From: a phage
Sequence record: PZ402305.1
Reading direction: 5' to 3' (one strand)
DNA length: 64,000 bases
Part shown: positions 63,639-64,000 of the stretch, piece after piece
Layout: every line of letters starts with the position of its first letter
How positions within the stretch are numbered: position 1 is the first letter of the stretch
Position numbers and translations under genes: made by a program
Notes under the pieces: model-generated
Seen by the model: the letters and a program-made list of their open reading frames with translations, nothing else
Told to the model about the DNA's origin: nothing
The model's database searches: none

Positions 63639-63938
63639 ATGAATCTGACCGAACAGTTACGCCGTATTGCAAAAGAAGCTTCCTTCAACTTCCCTGTTGA
63701 AGAAGTGATCGAGACATGTTTTGCTGAAGCACGAGCGGGAAACTCTTCAAGAAATTTCACGCCATCTGATTTTGGTCTGAATAATTCTCCCACCCACCCA
63801 GAGCAGATCTACAATCAGGTGAAGTGGATGGATGAAGCAGTAGCAATTCTTCGTGAGCGTGGGCTTATTGTTTATAAAGAAATGGATCTGAACGGGGCAT
63901 ACGAGTGGATCACTATTGATTGGTCCGAGGTGAAATGA
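63639..63938 (+). CDS. hypothetical protein
   Basis: 99 aa ORF, RBS aaaggagaa. Confidence 0.5.
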   Translation: MNLTEQLRRIAKEASFNFPVEEVIETCFAEARAGNSSRNFTPSDFGLNNSPTHPEQIYNQVKWMDEAVAILRERGLIVYKEMDLNGAYEWITIDWSEVK

Positions 63939-64000
63939 TGAAAGGTAACAAGATGAAAGTTAATCAAGTGCCGAGCGCATACACTTTGTGGCTTGCGCGA
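63935..64000 (+). CDS. hypothetical protein, 3' end truncated by window edge
   Basis: ATG overlapping upstream stop (ATGA); frame open to window end. Confidence 0.3.
   Translation, partial: MMKGNKMKVNQVPSAYTLWLAR

Noticed and set aside
1-64000. Prophage or integrative element boundaries (integrase, attachment sites, transposase)
   Set aside because: No integrase, recombinase or transposase-like protein and no flanking bacterial housekeeping genes; organisation is that of a lytic phage.

Overview
This window reads as part of a large virulent dsDNA phage genome (no integrase, no tRNA or rRNA found, dense co-oriented gene blocks). All family assignments are from motif recognition by eye; no database search or folding program was run. 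Layout: (1) 1-6113 (+), three tail fibre/spike-type structural genes, including a collagen-like G-X-Y fibre. (2) 6177-41169 (-), a long replication and nucleotide-metabolism block: SSB, family A DNA polymerase, N6-adenine methyltransferase, primase-helicase, four glycosyltransferases, anaerobic RNR NrdD/NrdG, UvrD-like helicase, SleB-like hydrolase. Embedded in it is a tellurite-resistance-like (Ter) module: TerD, TerD-like/vWA, TelA-like, TerC, phosphoribosyltransferase, HAD-like, macro domain, SprT-like protease. (3) 41284-47557 (+), small genes plus an AAA ATPase and a NADAR protein. (4) 47.6-48.7 kb, a non-coding region with direct repeats, Fur-box-like near-palindromes and a GC-rich island. 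(5) 48.8-59.2 kb (+), the most striking feature: about 34 small genes, most preceded by a near-consensus sigma70 promoter followed directly by a GC-rich stem-loop whose sequence varies but whose pairing is kept. The same promoter/stem-loop unit drives terC on the minus strand. (6) 59.2-60.8 kb, a 1.6 kb ORF-free, A-rich, palindrome-rich region. (7) 60.8-64.0 kb (+), more small genes. Most small proteins have no recognisable function.
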